A model generated the notes under the pieces. It saw nothing but the letters and a program-made list of their open reading frames with translations, searched no databases and was not told where the DNA came from. A stretch of 64,000 bases of DNA from Sphagnum compactum (taxonomy: Eukaryota). The translations under genes were made by a program, and so were the position numbers. The stretch is taken from assembly GCA_965153455.1 (NCBI GenBank), contig OZ234494.1, forward strand, positions 10,850,001 to 10,914,000. The letters are read 5' to 3'. Within the stretch, counting starts at the first letter, position 1; the number at the start of each line of letters is the position of its first letter. Below are positions 52,095-64,000 of the stretch, piece after piece.

Positions 52095-53319
52095 TTAGAT
52101 TCATATATTTTTCAATATAACAATGTCATGAAATTTTAAAAGCTCACCTTTCAAGTAAGGAGTTTTTATGGCACAAGGAAAAAGTTCACAATCATGCTGG
52201 CACTAAACACCAACAAAAGTCATATACTTCATAATAACAACTAAGCAATAAAAATGCAACAAATATTAAAAAGTTCATTGGGTGCATCTACACCATTGGT
52301 AGCTACATTACATATGTATCTAAAAATAACATTTATGAAAATCATGTCGCCTATTGCATAATCAGATATAGATCATAAAACAAAAAAATGTATTTTGGAA
52401 TATGAGAGTGAAATATTTTAATACTTGCAAATTTTGTTCAATATTGAAACCTTCAACACCCACAACAAATAGGGGTCCTTGAGATGATGCAAATATGTTT
52501 TAGAAACACATGCAAGCATACGACAATTGCCAAAGCGCCTATCTTTGGGAATCATATGTATTACACATAACCAAAAAAAAAAACAATTTGAACTTCATTC
52601 CTTGAAACTATGAGGTGCAACTATTATCCACACAAAATAGGTGTAAAAAGTAAATATAAATAAAAATGAATATACATAATTCCTCAATGAAAGCATTCAA
52701 ATTGTATATGTATTTTTTTTTCTTAAGCAAGATGCTTGCAAAGGGGGACATGCAACGATTGATAAACAACTTGGCATCCACCCACAAACTATCAAAGAGT
52801 GGGGCAATATAGTGGCTATGTTGTATATTGTATCTTAGCATGTTTGGCAAATCAGCATCCTCAAGTTTGAGTGGAGAATGCACCCTTAGGTAGAGATGAA
52901 TATTATATACCTATATGCATGCAAAAAACCTAAACTTTTTGTTTTGTGGATTGGTTTGCTGGCCTTTGTCTAGAGTCTAGATCAGAGAAGAGGTTGGTTG
53001 TATTGATTAGTCTTTGGGTAGACTTCACACCACCTTAAGGTTGTCTAGTATAGTCTAACAAGATTTACTTGAAAAGCAATTATTTGAAGAGTGGGGAGAA
53101 AGGAAAATAAAATTCATTCACTAGATAGAGAGTGAACAAAGCTCACAAGGATTTCAATGAGCTTGTACACATCTTAAACATATGACAAACCCTCATAACA
53201 TGATGACATTGTGAGAGTGGAACCATAGTGCATGGAAAATGAAGGATTTTGGTTGAGATTATTCAACATACAAATGGGCTAGTAAGAAATTATAGGTATT
53301 TAGCTAAGCATTAATTATG

Positions 53320-53324
<5 letters not shown>

Positions 53325-53356
<32 letters not shown>
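53325..53356. repeat. (TG)n microsatellite
   Basis: About 16 TG units. Confidence 0.9.
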
Positions 53357-53359
<3 letters not shown>

Positions 53360-53994
53360 AGAGGATAATAAGGCTTGGGTGAAATAAATGAAAACCTTAA
53401 ACTCCCCTAATCGACAAACACTTTTTTCACTTAATTTTCTTAGCTAACCTTAATTCTTGAAAAAATTGGCACACCACTTGATTTGCTGGTGAGCTCAAAA
53501 CATTGAAAGCTTCGAGTCTTTCCTACACAAAAGAATAAAAGAGAAGTGAACTTCCCAGGAATCTAAATATCTGTTAAAAAAAAGAAAAAAAAAGATGAAC
53601 GGTAAATCCCAAGCCCCACATTGCCCCTTCCTCCCTGGACGGCTCCAAATCATCCAAGTCACTTGTGAGGTTGTTCATTGTGTGATTTCTTGACATATTA
53701 TTGACATGAGTTTGGAATGACACTTTGGCTGACACAAGTTATCCAAAATCATCTGCCAATGACAACTTTATAGAAGCAAATGTGATCCGAAAAGGCTTGA
53801 GTGATAGAGCTGGTTTGAGTGATAGAGCTGGGCGCATAATAGGAATGATGCATATTTTGTTGTGTACAAAATGTCTTCGTATGCTTGGATGAGTAAGATG
53901 ACATTTGGATGCTGAACATGATAAGTGTACATATCTTCACTCTTATGACGAATCTATACTTGACATAGTTGCCACTTTGGGTGACACCGTTTGT

Positions 53995-54056
53995 TGAACA
54001 ATTTCCATATACAACCCATGTGCATGAACAATTTCCATATACAACCCATGTGCATG
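53995..54056. repeat. 30-bp direct tandem duplication
   Basis: Two copies of tgaacaatttccatatacaacccatgtgca. Confidence 0.85.
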
Positions 54057-54833
54057 TTCATACAAGAAGAGGATGAAGAGATATCATCAATGAGTCATTG
54101 AATTCAAACTTTGATATGTAGAGTTGGATAGCCTTTTTTCTATTGGGCCCCTTTGAGTAGGTTGTTAGGACCCCTACTATAATAAGAACATTACTTTATG
54201 TACCCCAAAGTGGGTCCTAAAGACTTGGTCTACTGTAGAAGAACAATCTTTCTTGATAATGTGGTAGTTGTGTGTATAGACTTGTAATGTTATACCTACC
54301 TCCAAGCTTTGATGTTTTAGAATAATTCTTAAACTTTGGTGGTTGGGAGGGGTGTTGGAAATTCAATTCACCCTTTGTATGTGCTAAAAAGTCAGGAATT
54401 TGAAGGTGTGACCATCTACTGGGTTAATGCATTAAAATAAAATTACCAATGCTTTTAAAACTTTTGTAGATACTTCATATACTTGCGATGAACTACAATT
54501 TTAATATAAGAAGAAATTGGAGTTTGGGTTTGGGCCGGTAAATATGTGCATGCAAGCTTGCCTTTTGGAAGGCCAAATAAAAGAAAAAAAATGTTTTTAA
54601 TTTGTAGCCATAGTGATCGGTGTAGGTGATTGCACTTACAGAGTCTCTCATCTCGAATTCGTGATGTTTGTGGCTGAAGATAGGGAATGACTAAAAATCT
54701 ATCTATCTTTGATGTGAAGAATGTTAGTAGAAGCTCAAAATAAGGGTTAAGTGTAGATGGAGATGCTTTAAGATCCTAACATTTAAAGCATGACCTAGAC
54801 TACCCACCTCCCTTTTTGGGAACACAATAGCAA

Positions 54834-55111
54834 ACTTGACTACCTTACCCTAAGGTCAGTTTCGTCATTAAATAATCCTCAAAATAATGAAATGAAATTT
54901 TGTGAAAATATGAAATTGTCATGTTGAAAATTATCATAATTATCATAGACTACACTCTCAATAATTTCACTACTCATATCACAATATTATAGTAGATGAT
55001 AATAATTATTATAATTTTAAAATTTTAAAAAAGATTTCATTTTTTGAAAATAATTAATTTTTTGTTTTGTTGACGATGTGGAAACTGACCCTAGGATATA
55101 GGGTAACAAGT
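54834..55111. mobile_element. Small MITE-like element with imperfect TIRs
   Basis: Left end acttgactaccttaccctaaggtcagtttc versus reverse complement of the right end acttgttaccctatatcctagggtcagtttc. AT-rich interior. Confidence 0.5.
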
Positions 55112-55970
55112 GTTGGTAGTACCCTAGCCAGGCCTAAGGAGGAGGACATGGCACGGCCTCCACATGCTCTCTAGCAAGTTATTCATCTTAAAACCAAGAA
55201 TACTTTCAAGTTTAAGTTAACCTGATTTTTCCAAAATCTAAAGCCTAACATAAGCAAAAACTATGCTATATGCAATCATAGAGGGAAAACCCATCTTGTA
55301 CACGTTAAAAATGACAACACACTATGATGATGATTATTTCTCCCAATCAAAAGCCTCAAGACTTCAAATCTCAAAAAAATGCACATTAAATGGCTTTGGA
55401 TCATATCCTTATTGTGTAGACGCTGTGGATTGATCAATTAAAATTAAGTATTTTTGTATAAAAAATTCGAAAGTAAAAAAAAAATTGCATATAAATATTC
55501 GATTCAAAGAAGGGTAGGTAATGTTTATAATGTAGGAGTGTCAATAAACCAGTGGGGGGTTAATAAACCAAAATGGTAGGTTAAATGTGTACCAATTCCA
55601 AATTTCCCACTCAATAGTTTTTTGGGCCACCAATAATGGTCCTAACATAATTGACTAACATTAATTGATATGAATGGATTTCTTTTTTTATGTCGATAAT
55701 ACAAAAAAAGAAGATGGTGGTCATACACACTTGGTGGATAGATAGATACACATGTACATAGTGTGAAGAAGGTGAGCTAAAGGATCCTAGGTTAGTGGGA
55801 TTATGTTACACTGGGTGTTGGTGTAGTATAGTGGGCAATTGAGATTGGGAACATATCCTCAAGAATTGTCACCTTGACAACTGAATTGAGTATAATTAAT
55901 GGTATGTCCAAAAACATAACATGTAGAAAGTTATATTTCAGAGATATTCACATTAACAAATGTTTTAAAC

Positions 55971-57128
55971 CAATGTTGTGTGGGTACCCAGGTTAGCCTG
56001 TTGTTGGTTTTGGTTACGTTGAACTTGATTGGACTTAGGTCCAAGAGGTGGAACTAGGTAGGAATCAAAACCGGGGTTAAACGAGGTTAGAGGAACTGCC
56101 TGGGAACACCTCCCGGGGTTTTTAAAAATTTTACAAAGAATTGAAATTGGGTCAGTTCTTAAGTGGTCTGAAAAATTGGAACTAGACTGGTTTTTTGAAA
56201 ACAAATTGATTTTGGTTCCAATTTAGGGTTAGGAGTGGTGGGGTGTTGTTGAAGGTTAAAACTTGTCTTTCTGTTTGTGTTTTTTTTTTGGTTCCTTGTT
56301 GCTACTTGCTACATCATTGCCATTGTCTTTGTGGTTTTCTTGTCATCCTAGTGCTTTTGCTGGTATTCTTTTCATTGTTGTAGCTCATGCTAGTGGTTGG
56401 TGGTTGTGGTGTTTTTTTCACGGTTGTAGCCTGTCATTGGTATGTAGATCATTGTTTCCCTCCTCGTCATCTTTTTATGCTTTTGGTCACGGTGGTGTTC
56501 TTTTGTCGTAGGTAATTGTTGCTTGGCATCACCATCTTGATGATCTTGTGATCTTATTCATTTTGCAAAATGGGGTGCAATTGAAGATTTTGTAAGGGGT
56601 GATTTGAGGTTGATTGAAGGGAATGGGGGGGAGAGGGGTTGAAGATTCAATGGTGGCAAAATGCGCATTTCAAACTAGGTATACAAGTGCACGAGGCATG
56701 AAAACATGAATTCAATTGACATTTTAAAAATGATACTCATCCACTATAAACTATCAATATAGTTCTAAAATTTAAGAGTAGATTAGTTCCACTTAATTTG
56801 GCCTTGTCAAAGGTTTGTAACAATTTGAAATTTTTTATAAATATATATATATATTTGCATTGTTTCTGATGATGTTTGGCTTTGTGAAACTTAATTGAAA
56901 GGTTACTAAAAACTTACCTTAACCTACCCTAAAAATGGGAACCAACTTGATTTACAAATTTAAAAAAATTGAAACCTGAATTGACCCTCACATTAAAAAA
57001 CGAGATTGAAAACTGAGTCCCAATTTTATTTTGAACAAAATCTAACCAAAATCAAAATCAACCCCACAATTTTTTTTGACACCCAAACCAGAGGTTCCTA
57101 CTCAAAACCTAACAACTGCACAATACCG
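55971..57128. mobile_element. hAT-like non-autonomous element (about 1.16 kb)
   Basis: Imperfect TIRs caatgttgtgt and cggtattgtgc (reverse complement), consensus CAGTGTTGTGC. The 8-bp flanks ttttaaac and gtttaaac match at 7/8. Subterminal ggtt/aacc-rich repeats are in mirror orientation. Confidence 0.6.
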
Positions 57129-57744
57129 GTTTAAACGTAAATCATCATTTATTAAGTACAAATATGTTTCTTTCTGGCAAAGGACGAAACAATAGTTTGA
57201 TTGTTGTTATTTCATGAAATTTTATTCTTGATATCTCATCAATCTATTTTCATGTCACTTCTCATTTGTCAATATGTAAAGAATTCATAATCAATTACAA
57301 ACTCATTTGAGGTAACAAATATGAGTTTATAATTAACGTTTCACCAATTGATGCTAAATCTTGTTTTGAATGTTCACATGAATGACCCTACATCAAATGC
57401 CTTTGTACCATCTTTGGCACTAAAATGAAGGCAGAATTTATTGATCAACAAACATACTTTGATAAATAGTGGTGAAGTAGCCTTTCCTAAGGGTTTGATA
57501 TTGCATACTCAGCTACCATTTTCCAGAGATTCCTTGATGTTTGAGTGTAGTCTCCTTGGGGGTACCCACTACCCACCAGATTTGGGTTATATTGAGTCCT
57601 TGTGGGCAAGGCAGTTGCTGTTTAGGTGATATGGGTTTTTACCATTAGCAAACCCTTTCAAAAAGATGGGAAGATGTGAGGGTGTTGAGACAAGAAGCCA
57701 GCCTGAGAGTCATGGGAAATATATAATAATACCGTGCGAATGGG

Positions 57745-58045
57745 TTGAAGAGCTTTGACGACATGGGAACAATGTGTCACTATTTTTTCATGGTAGAAGA
57801 GCATTGAAGAGCTTCTTTGATGACATGGGAACACTTTGTCACTATTTTTTCCATTGGTGGAAGAGCATTGAAGAGCTTCGTTGATGACATGGGAACACTT
57901 TGTCACTTATTCTTCATTGGTGGAAGAGCATTGAAGAGCTTCTTTGATGACATGGGAACACTTTGTCACTATTACTTCATTGGTGGGAGAGCATTGAAGA
58001 GCTTCTTCAATGACATGGGAACACTTTGTCACTATTACTTCATTG
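57745..58045. repeat. 63-bp tandem repeat, about 5 copies
   Basis: Unit cattggtggaagagcattgaagagcttctttgatgacatgggaacactttgtcactattactt. Confidence 0.92.
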
Positions 58046-58139
58046 ATGCCATCCTCATTCTATTTAGATATTGTATTACTGATCCACATGAAAACTGACC
58101 TTCACCTAGTTAGCAAATTAAGCAGCTCCTATTCAGTGT

Positions 58140-58430
58140 TTTTTTTTGGGTGAATTTCCACATCCTGGTGACCAAAAATGTGGAGGTGCAAATAATACAA
58201 AAGGCTCTTTTGAGAAATTATGGGCCCAAGTTACTCCATTGAGACAAATTCTTTTGAAGTTGTCACATTTAGACAATAGGTTTCCAACATGTTGCCAAAA
58301 TATAGTAGGAATCTTTAAAACTTTCTACTTTCTTCTCTGACTTTCTTCTGTCCTGTAGCCTAATTTGGAGAAGTCCTCTTGTGGATGATCACCAACATAC
58401 CTACCTCACAAAATTTAAGGAAAAAAAACA
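58140..58430 (+). mobile_element. Copy of the gtagccaaatttggct dispersed repeat
   Basis: ggtgaatttc...tttagacaataggtttccaacatgttgccaaaatatag...tgtagcctaatttgg...cctcttgtggatgatcacc...cctacctcacaaaattt. Confidence 0.7.
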
Positions 58431-59029
58431 CTGTTCGTAATGCTTGAAACAGCCATTGAGACAGTCATGTTTAGTTGACAAATTAAGTGTTACCTTTTAA
58501 CCCGAACTTAATTAACCATGACAAAAAGCGCTCAATCATGTCTGGTTTAAGTAGTTAGGCAACTAATTATCTCACTCTTAAAATTTGTATTTAACAGCTT
58601 TGATTTGCTTCCACATGTTTAGTTGGCAAAAATAAGTGATTTATTTCCCCTTTCCTTATTTGATATGCTTCTGGGGACAGGAGGGGTTCCCGAACTTGAT
58701 GTTCCCTTTGTGGTTGAGTACTTTAATTTCCATTGCTGAGTCAGTCTTGTTTCAGTTGCCAAACTGAAATATCTCATTTGTTTTCCTCATTTGCGTGTGG
58801 AGTCATTATTAATTTCTATATTTCTTTTTTTTAACTTTTTTCTCGAACTATACACGGGCAAGGTATTGATGATCAATATTGATTTTTTTTCTTTTCTGCT
58901 AAATTTGCTCTGCAAACGAGATGAAAAAAAAGATTTTTTTTCGTCTATTTTATTTCCTTCCATCACCTAAATGGTCTCGTGAGCTTTTGTTGAGCTTAAT
59001 TTGTTTATCGATGTTTATTGAGTTTGAAC

Positions 59030-59700
59030 CTGAAGTCATGTTTTATTGGCAAAGTAGAGTATCATTTTTTATCTTACCATATGTTGGGTCTTTTCCATTG
59101 GCACATGATTTCCACCTTCTGGAAACGAAAGCATAGAAACAGGTCCAGGAAAATAGTGGAAATTTTCAACAGCCTTGACTCAAGTTCAAGAATTAGGTTT
59201 CTTTTATTTTCTTTAAAATTTGACTCATTAGCTTAAATTACATGTGGAGTTTCGTTTAGATTTAATTGGCAAACTAAAAAGCTCATTTTTCTTACCAAAT
59301 GTTGGGTCCTTTTAATTTGCTCATGAATTCCACTTTCCTAAATCCCAGACACAGAAATCATGGGTACAGAAAAAATAGTAAAAATTTCCAGTGGCCACTA
59401 ATGTTCAAGCATTAGGTCCAAAAATTAGGTCAAGAATGAGGTTTTCTCCTTTTCTCCTTTACTGTTTGACACCGTTGCTTGATTTTGCTTGTTGAGTTTC
59501 AGTCATGTTTAATTGGCAAACCAAAAGGTCCACTTTTCTTACCAAATGTTGGGGCCTTTTGATCTGATCATGAATTCATTCCACACTCAAGAATCCCTAA
59601 TACAGAAATGAGTCCAAGAAAGCAGTGAAAATTTCCAATGGCCTGGAGGCCAATGTTCAAGCATTAGGTCACTAAAATTACTCAGGTCAAATTAGGTTTT
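59030..59700. repeat. Diverged triple tandem duplication (about 230-245 bp)
   Basis: tt.aattggcaaa...tcttacca.atgttggg...catga.ttcc...aaaatttcca starts near 59035, 59260 and 59500. Confidence 0.7.
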
Positions 59701-61181
59701 AAAATCAGGTCAAAATTAGATGAAGCTGATCATGCTGGTGTCGTAACATGGGATCGAGCGGCCTTCAGCTTTCGAGGTTGTGAAGAAACGGAAGATCATC
59801 ACACGTTTTGTTAGGATCAAGCAGGCGAAAATTCGAGATCAGAAAAAGAAAGTCTGATGGTTTTTGTGTGTAGGGATGACGATTATGTTCGTTAGTAGAA
59901 TGGAAATCACTTGAATGTTGCCCGTATTGGATCAGCTAATCAATCAATCAAACCCAAACGAAAAGGGCCAAAAAAAAGAAAACAAGAAAAGCCCAGCCCT
60001 TCTTTCCGTCTCGATAATCTGTACATGTCCACGCTTGATCTTGGAAGAGATGATTTGAAGTACGCTTTGCAGAAGCAAAGCAAAGCTGGATGTGCCCGTA
60101 CAGCAGATGATGAAGTTGGTTCATTCTACCCAATCCTAAATGTCAGTTTATGTCAGGAAGACCAGGACAGAACTGTAGCGACAAGCTCCTTAAAACAAAA
60201 AATTTGAGAAAAAACTGGCGAAATTTTATTAAGGAAGAGAAAATTTCCGAAAGAATATTAGCCTTTTTATTAAAAAACTGTGGCCTTTTGGCAATTTTTA
60301 GCTCCCGAAACAAAAATGGAAAAAAGACTGAGTTCCCCATAGGCCTCCTTGTGAATTTCTTCGAGTCAGTTTGATCTATAAGTTGCTGTTCAGCTCTTCA
60401 TGAAATGGTTTACAAATTTGGTTGATCTATTTTCTTGACGACGATTTGTATGCAGGTAAATTTTCAATAGAACTGCAAAAGTCGAGTCTGTAACATGCAA
60501 AAAAGAAGGATAATTGGCGAACCAAAAAGTGCAAGAGAAGCAAAAGCTCGCGACAAGCAACTCGACGACCATATTCGCGAACTTTCCATTGGTATGCAGG
60601 ATCGGTGCACTGAGTTTAGGACGACTCCTCTGATCTATAATTCTGTTTGTTGTTGTTGTTATTGCGGGACCCACGCGGGGGCCGGCTAGACTGATTGTGG
60701 ATCTGTAGAGCTGGGTACCATAGATGGAGAAATTATTGTGCCGAGGAGGAGTAACGGAATTTCCCTTTTTGTTCACTCTTTTCTTCCAATTGTAGCAACA
60801 AGACATCATCTTGTACGTGTAGTGTGTGGGACCCTGTTCTCGAGAGTCGATCGGACTTGCTGCACATGTATTTGAGGGCCTCGAATTCAGAGCAAGTTTC
60901 ACAGCTCAGTCGAGATCGAGTCTCCTCCAGTGCTGGAAGCCAGGAGTAGTACTACGAGCTAGTGGCAGCTCGCTGATCTAGTGTGCATCATCCGAGGCTC
61001 TAGTTTGCAGACAATACTATATACTTTTCTGATTTCATCTGCATCAGTGTTGCTGCAAGTAGACTGCGAGTCCAGTAGTATTACGTATAACTGAGCTCGA
61101 GAGAACTAGAGCAGTGCAGCTCCTGCAGCTTCTGGTACGTTGCAATATTGAGCGAAGTTGTTGGCGGTTTTATATATAAAA

Positions 61182-63768
61182 ATGGGTTCGTCAATGGCTA
61201 CCAGCGTGGTGGTGCAGCTGCTCTTCTTCGGGTTTCAGCTGGTGGCGCTGTTGATGTCGGGAGGAGTGTTGCAAGTGGAGGCGCAAGGAACGTGGGAGAT
61301 TCTTGTGGAGAATGCGGGTATTGCGTCCATGCACACGGCCATTACGCGATTCAACACTGCTGTCTTGTTGGACCGGACGGACATCGGGGCTTCACAGCTC
61401 GCGTTACCCAATGGAAGATGTCGCAACGATGCACAAGACGAGGTGATCATCACCTGCGACTCCTCCTCCTTGTCAAGTAACTGTCTTCTTTGAATGCTGT
61501 AGTAGCTGACCTTGAACCTTCTCGGCTATTTTTTTGTGCACTCCGGCCTGCGGGGACGTTGTTCGCATATGTCACTCAAACTTCCCAACTTGACCGGGAT
61601 TTCTAACTTGCAAAATCTTTGCATATTTTTCTCTCTCATATCATGCAGAGCTTGCATACCGACTGCACAGCGCACTCTGCCGTCCTCGACCTAGGTACCA
61701 ACCGAATCAGGCCTCTTTTCGTTCAAACAGACACCTGGTGCTCCTCAGGACAATTCAGAGACGATGGTACACTGGTGCAAACAGGTGGAGACAACGATGG
61801 ATATTCTAAGGTAACAATTATCAGCTCTCTCTCTCTCTCTCTCTTGATCGATCAATTCAGTTACGTCTTCGTTGAGCTTTAAACCTCCGACTACAAAGTT
61901 CTCGAGGTCAAATTCCTCGTCAAGAATCTTTTTTAAAGTGTGCACTCTATCCAATATATGTGACCGTGCGTGATTTGTGACGTGTGCATCCGCGCGCAGA
62001 TTAGAACTTTCACGCCGTGTCCAGGAGATGGTGATTGCAACTGGGTAGAGACCGATGTCCCGTTGGTGGAGGGCCGGTGGTACGCGAGCAACGCACAATT
62101 GCCGGACGGTACGCAAATCCTCGTCGGCGGACGAAACAACCCGACTGTGGAATTTGTGCCCGCTAACGGCCGAGGCGCTACCTACATTCCTCTCATCGGA
62201 AATGTAATCATAACTACTCCCTTCTGATCCCACCATGCGTGATCTCGTCCACAAACCTCTTGTGCTTGAGAGAGAAATATTGATATCTCTCAACCGACTG
62301 TAGATATGATCATGTCACGAAACTTACGACTTTCCGAGAGAGAAAAATTTGAGATGATTTGTAACTTACGACAAGCAAGATCCTCTGTGATTTCGTCTGA
62401 TTCTTTTCGAAACTGACTTGTGGAATTTCGGTACTTGATCGGGGGACGTGCGTCCTTGCAGGCAAATGATGGTCAAGCCGACAATCTCTATCCTTACGTG
62501 CATTTGCTCCCCAACGACCAAATCTTCATGTTTGCCAACCAGTACTCTATCCTCTTCGACTGGAAGACCGTCACCGCTGTGAAGCAGCTCCCTAATCTTC
62601 CCGGCGGGCCCAGAAACTATCCGTCAGCTGGTAGCTCGGTCCTGTTGCCATTGTCTGCTTACATTAATTATGAATTGCCCGAGGTTGTTGTGTGCGGCGG
62701 AGCAACGTACGGTGCGTTCCTCAATCCTGGAGCCGCTCTCCCGGCGACGGCGAGTTGTGGAAGAATTGCGCCCCTGACCGAAGGTGCGAATTGGCAGATG
62801 GAGGACATGCCTCTTAGACGCAACATGGGTGACATGGTGCTCTTGCCTGATCGCACCGTCCTCATCATCAATGGAGCTGCCAATGGTGCTCAAGGTTGGG
62901 GAAATGCACAAAACCCCGTGCTAACACCAGTGTTGTACAATCCCAACGCCGCCTTTGGTCGTCGCTTCCAAGTATTGACGGGGACGAACATTGCTCGCGT
63001 GTATCACTCTACCGCCAACCTCTTGCCCGACGGTCGTGTTCTCATCGCTGGCAGCAACACACACCAATTTTACACCCTGACAGGATATCTCGCGACAGAG
63101 CTCAGGATCGAGGCATACTCACCAGCTTACCTTCGCGGCAATAGACCAGTCATCGCCAACGCTCCTGGAGAATTAGCCTACAATGCGCGATTCGAAGCCA
63201 GAGTTGAAAATGGTAATCCGAGGGCCATCGAGCTCAATCTCATCAGCCCTCCGTATTCGACTCATTCCTTCAGCCAGGTACTAACTACTGACTGACCTTG
63301 TTCCACACGTCGCGCAATTCTTTCTCCACGACTGAAACATGGCGCAATGTCACTAGATTGAAACAGATAACAATACCACAATCCCAGAATCAATTTTTTG
63401 TTGCAAAATTGAAACCAATTATCTTCATAATCTTCACGACTTTTTGTTCTTCTTCTCGAGGCTCATTCAAAAATTGCGGATTGATCATGCAAAATCGGCG
63501 ACTTAACTATGTCTGTCCCATTCGGATCCTCTCTGCAATTCCTCAAAGAAAAGAATTTGAAGTTCCATGGTTGGTTGCCTGATTGCTGCTGCAGGGACAA
63601 AGATTGATACAACTGAATGCTGCAGTCCCAGCTAATGCGGGAGGGGGTGCATATACAGTCGCTGCTAATGCACCACCGAGTGCGGTGATTGCACCCGCAG
63701 GTTACTACATGTTGTTTGCAGTGTCGGAAGGCATCCCGAGCGTTGCTGAGTGGGTTCATGTAGGATGA
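61182..63768 (+). CDS. Glyoxal oxidase / aldehyde oxidase GLOX-like copper radical oxidase (AA5), secreted; 5 exons, about 538 aa
   Basis: Exons 61182-61442, 61649-61810, 62000-62203, 62462-63277, 63595-63768 total 1617 nt, all GT-AG. An N-terminal hydrophobic signal peptide is followed by WEILVENAGIASMH, DTWCSSGQF, GRWYASN, NLYPYVHLLP, PRNYPSAGSSVLLPL, RVYHSTANLLPDGRVLIAGSN, STHSFSQGQR and APAGYYMLF. Confidence 0.95.
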
Positions 63769-63811
63769 TTCATGCATGGCCTCGAAAATCGAAAGTCTAG
63801 CAACAACAAGA

Positions 63812-63840
63812 CGATCGATCGATCGATCGATCGATCGATA
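63812..63840. repeat. (GATC)n palindromic microsatellite in the GLOX 3' region
   Basis: cgatcgatcgatcgatcgatcgatcgata. Confidence 0.85.
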
Positions 63841-64000
63841 GATAGATCCATCGATCATCCTCTTTGCAAATTTGTAGCAACGGTTCCGAAAAAGTTTGTC
63901 ATAAACTGCTTGAGGCTCCTCCTCATCTGAGAGAGAGAGAGAGAGAGAGTACTTCTCAGAATTCCACAACCTGTTCTGATTTCAAGCAAGCATTCCGTCT

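Noticed and set aside
53640..54130. Possible transposase or SWIM-finger remnant
   Set aside because: The translations are too degenerate to assign to any family.
60390..60902. 170-aa minus-strand ORF upstream of GLOX
   Set aside because: It has no recognisable motifs and a non-ATG start, and probably lies in the GLOX promoter or 5' region.
571..63768. Functional gene cluster linking the six genes
   Set aside because: The products belong to unrelated pathways (translation, chlorophyll, RNA decay, transport, oxidases) and are separated by TE blocks. There is no evidence of a biosynthetic or defence cluster.

Overview
Eukaryotic, intron-containing land-plant genomic DNA. Gene structure, repeat content and gene set suggest a bryophyte such as Sphagnum, but this is inference only. 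I reconstructed six intact protein-coding genes by hand, and each spliced CDS length is divisible by 3: a YhfW-like FAD oxidoreductase/Rieske [2Fe-2S] fusion (+, 9 exons, one GC-AG intron), eIF2B alpha (-), an intronless geranylgeranyl reductase CHLP (+), an UNC93-like MFS protein (+), exosome subunit RRP4 (-) and a secreted glyoxal/aldehyde oxidase (+). There is also a decayed AXR1/NAE1 gene fragment. Two AT-rich, gene-free blocks (about 16-35 kb and 45-59 kb) hold transposon debris. The most structured piece is a hAT transposase relic split by a TIR element with a 4-bp ATTT target duplication and by an RLE-type (CRE/R2-like) retroelement relic. A Tourist-like MITE, a hAT-like MITE, a probable copia integrase scrap and several tandem or foldback repeats are also present. 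I found no rRNA, tRNA or CRISPR array and no clearly new multi-gene system. The best leads are the FAD-Rieske fusion, the nested elements and a repeat family sitting just upstream of three genes.
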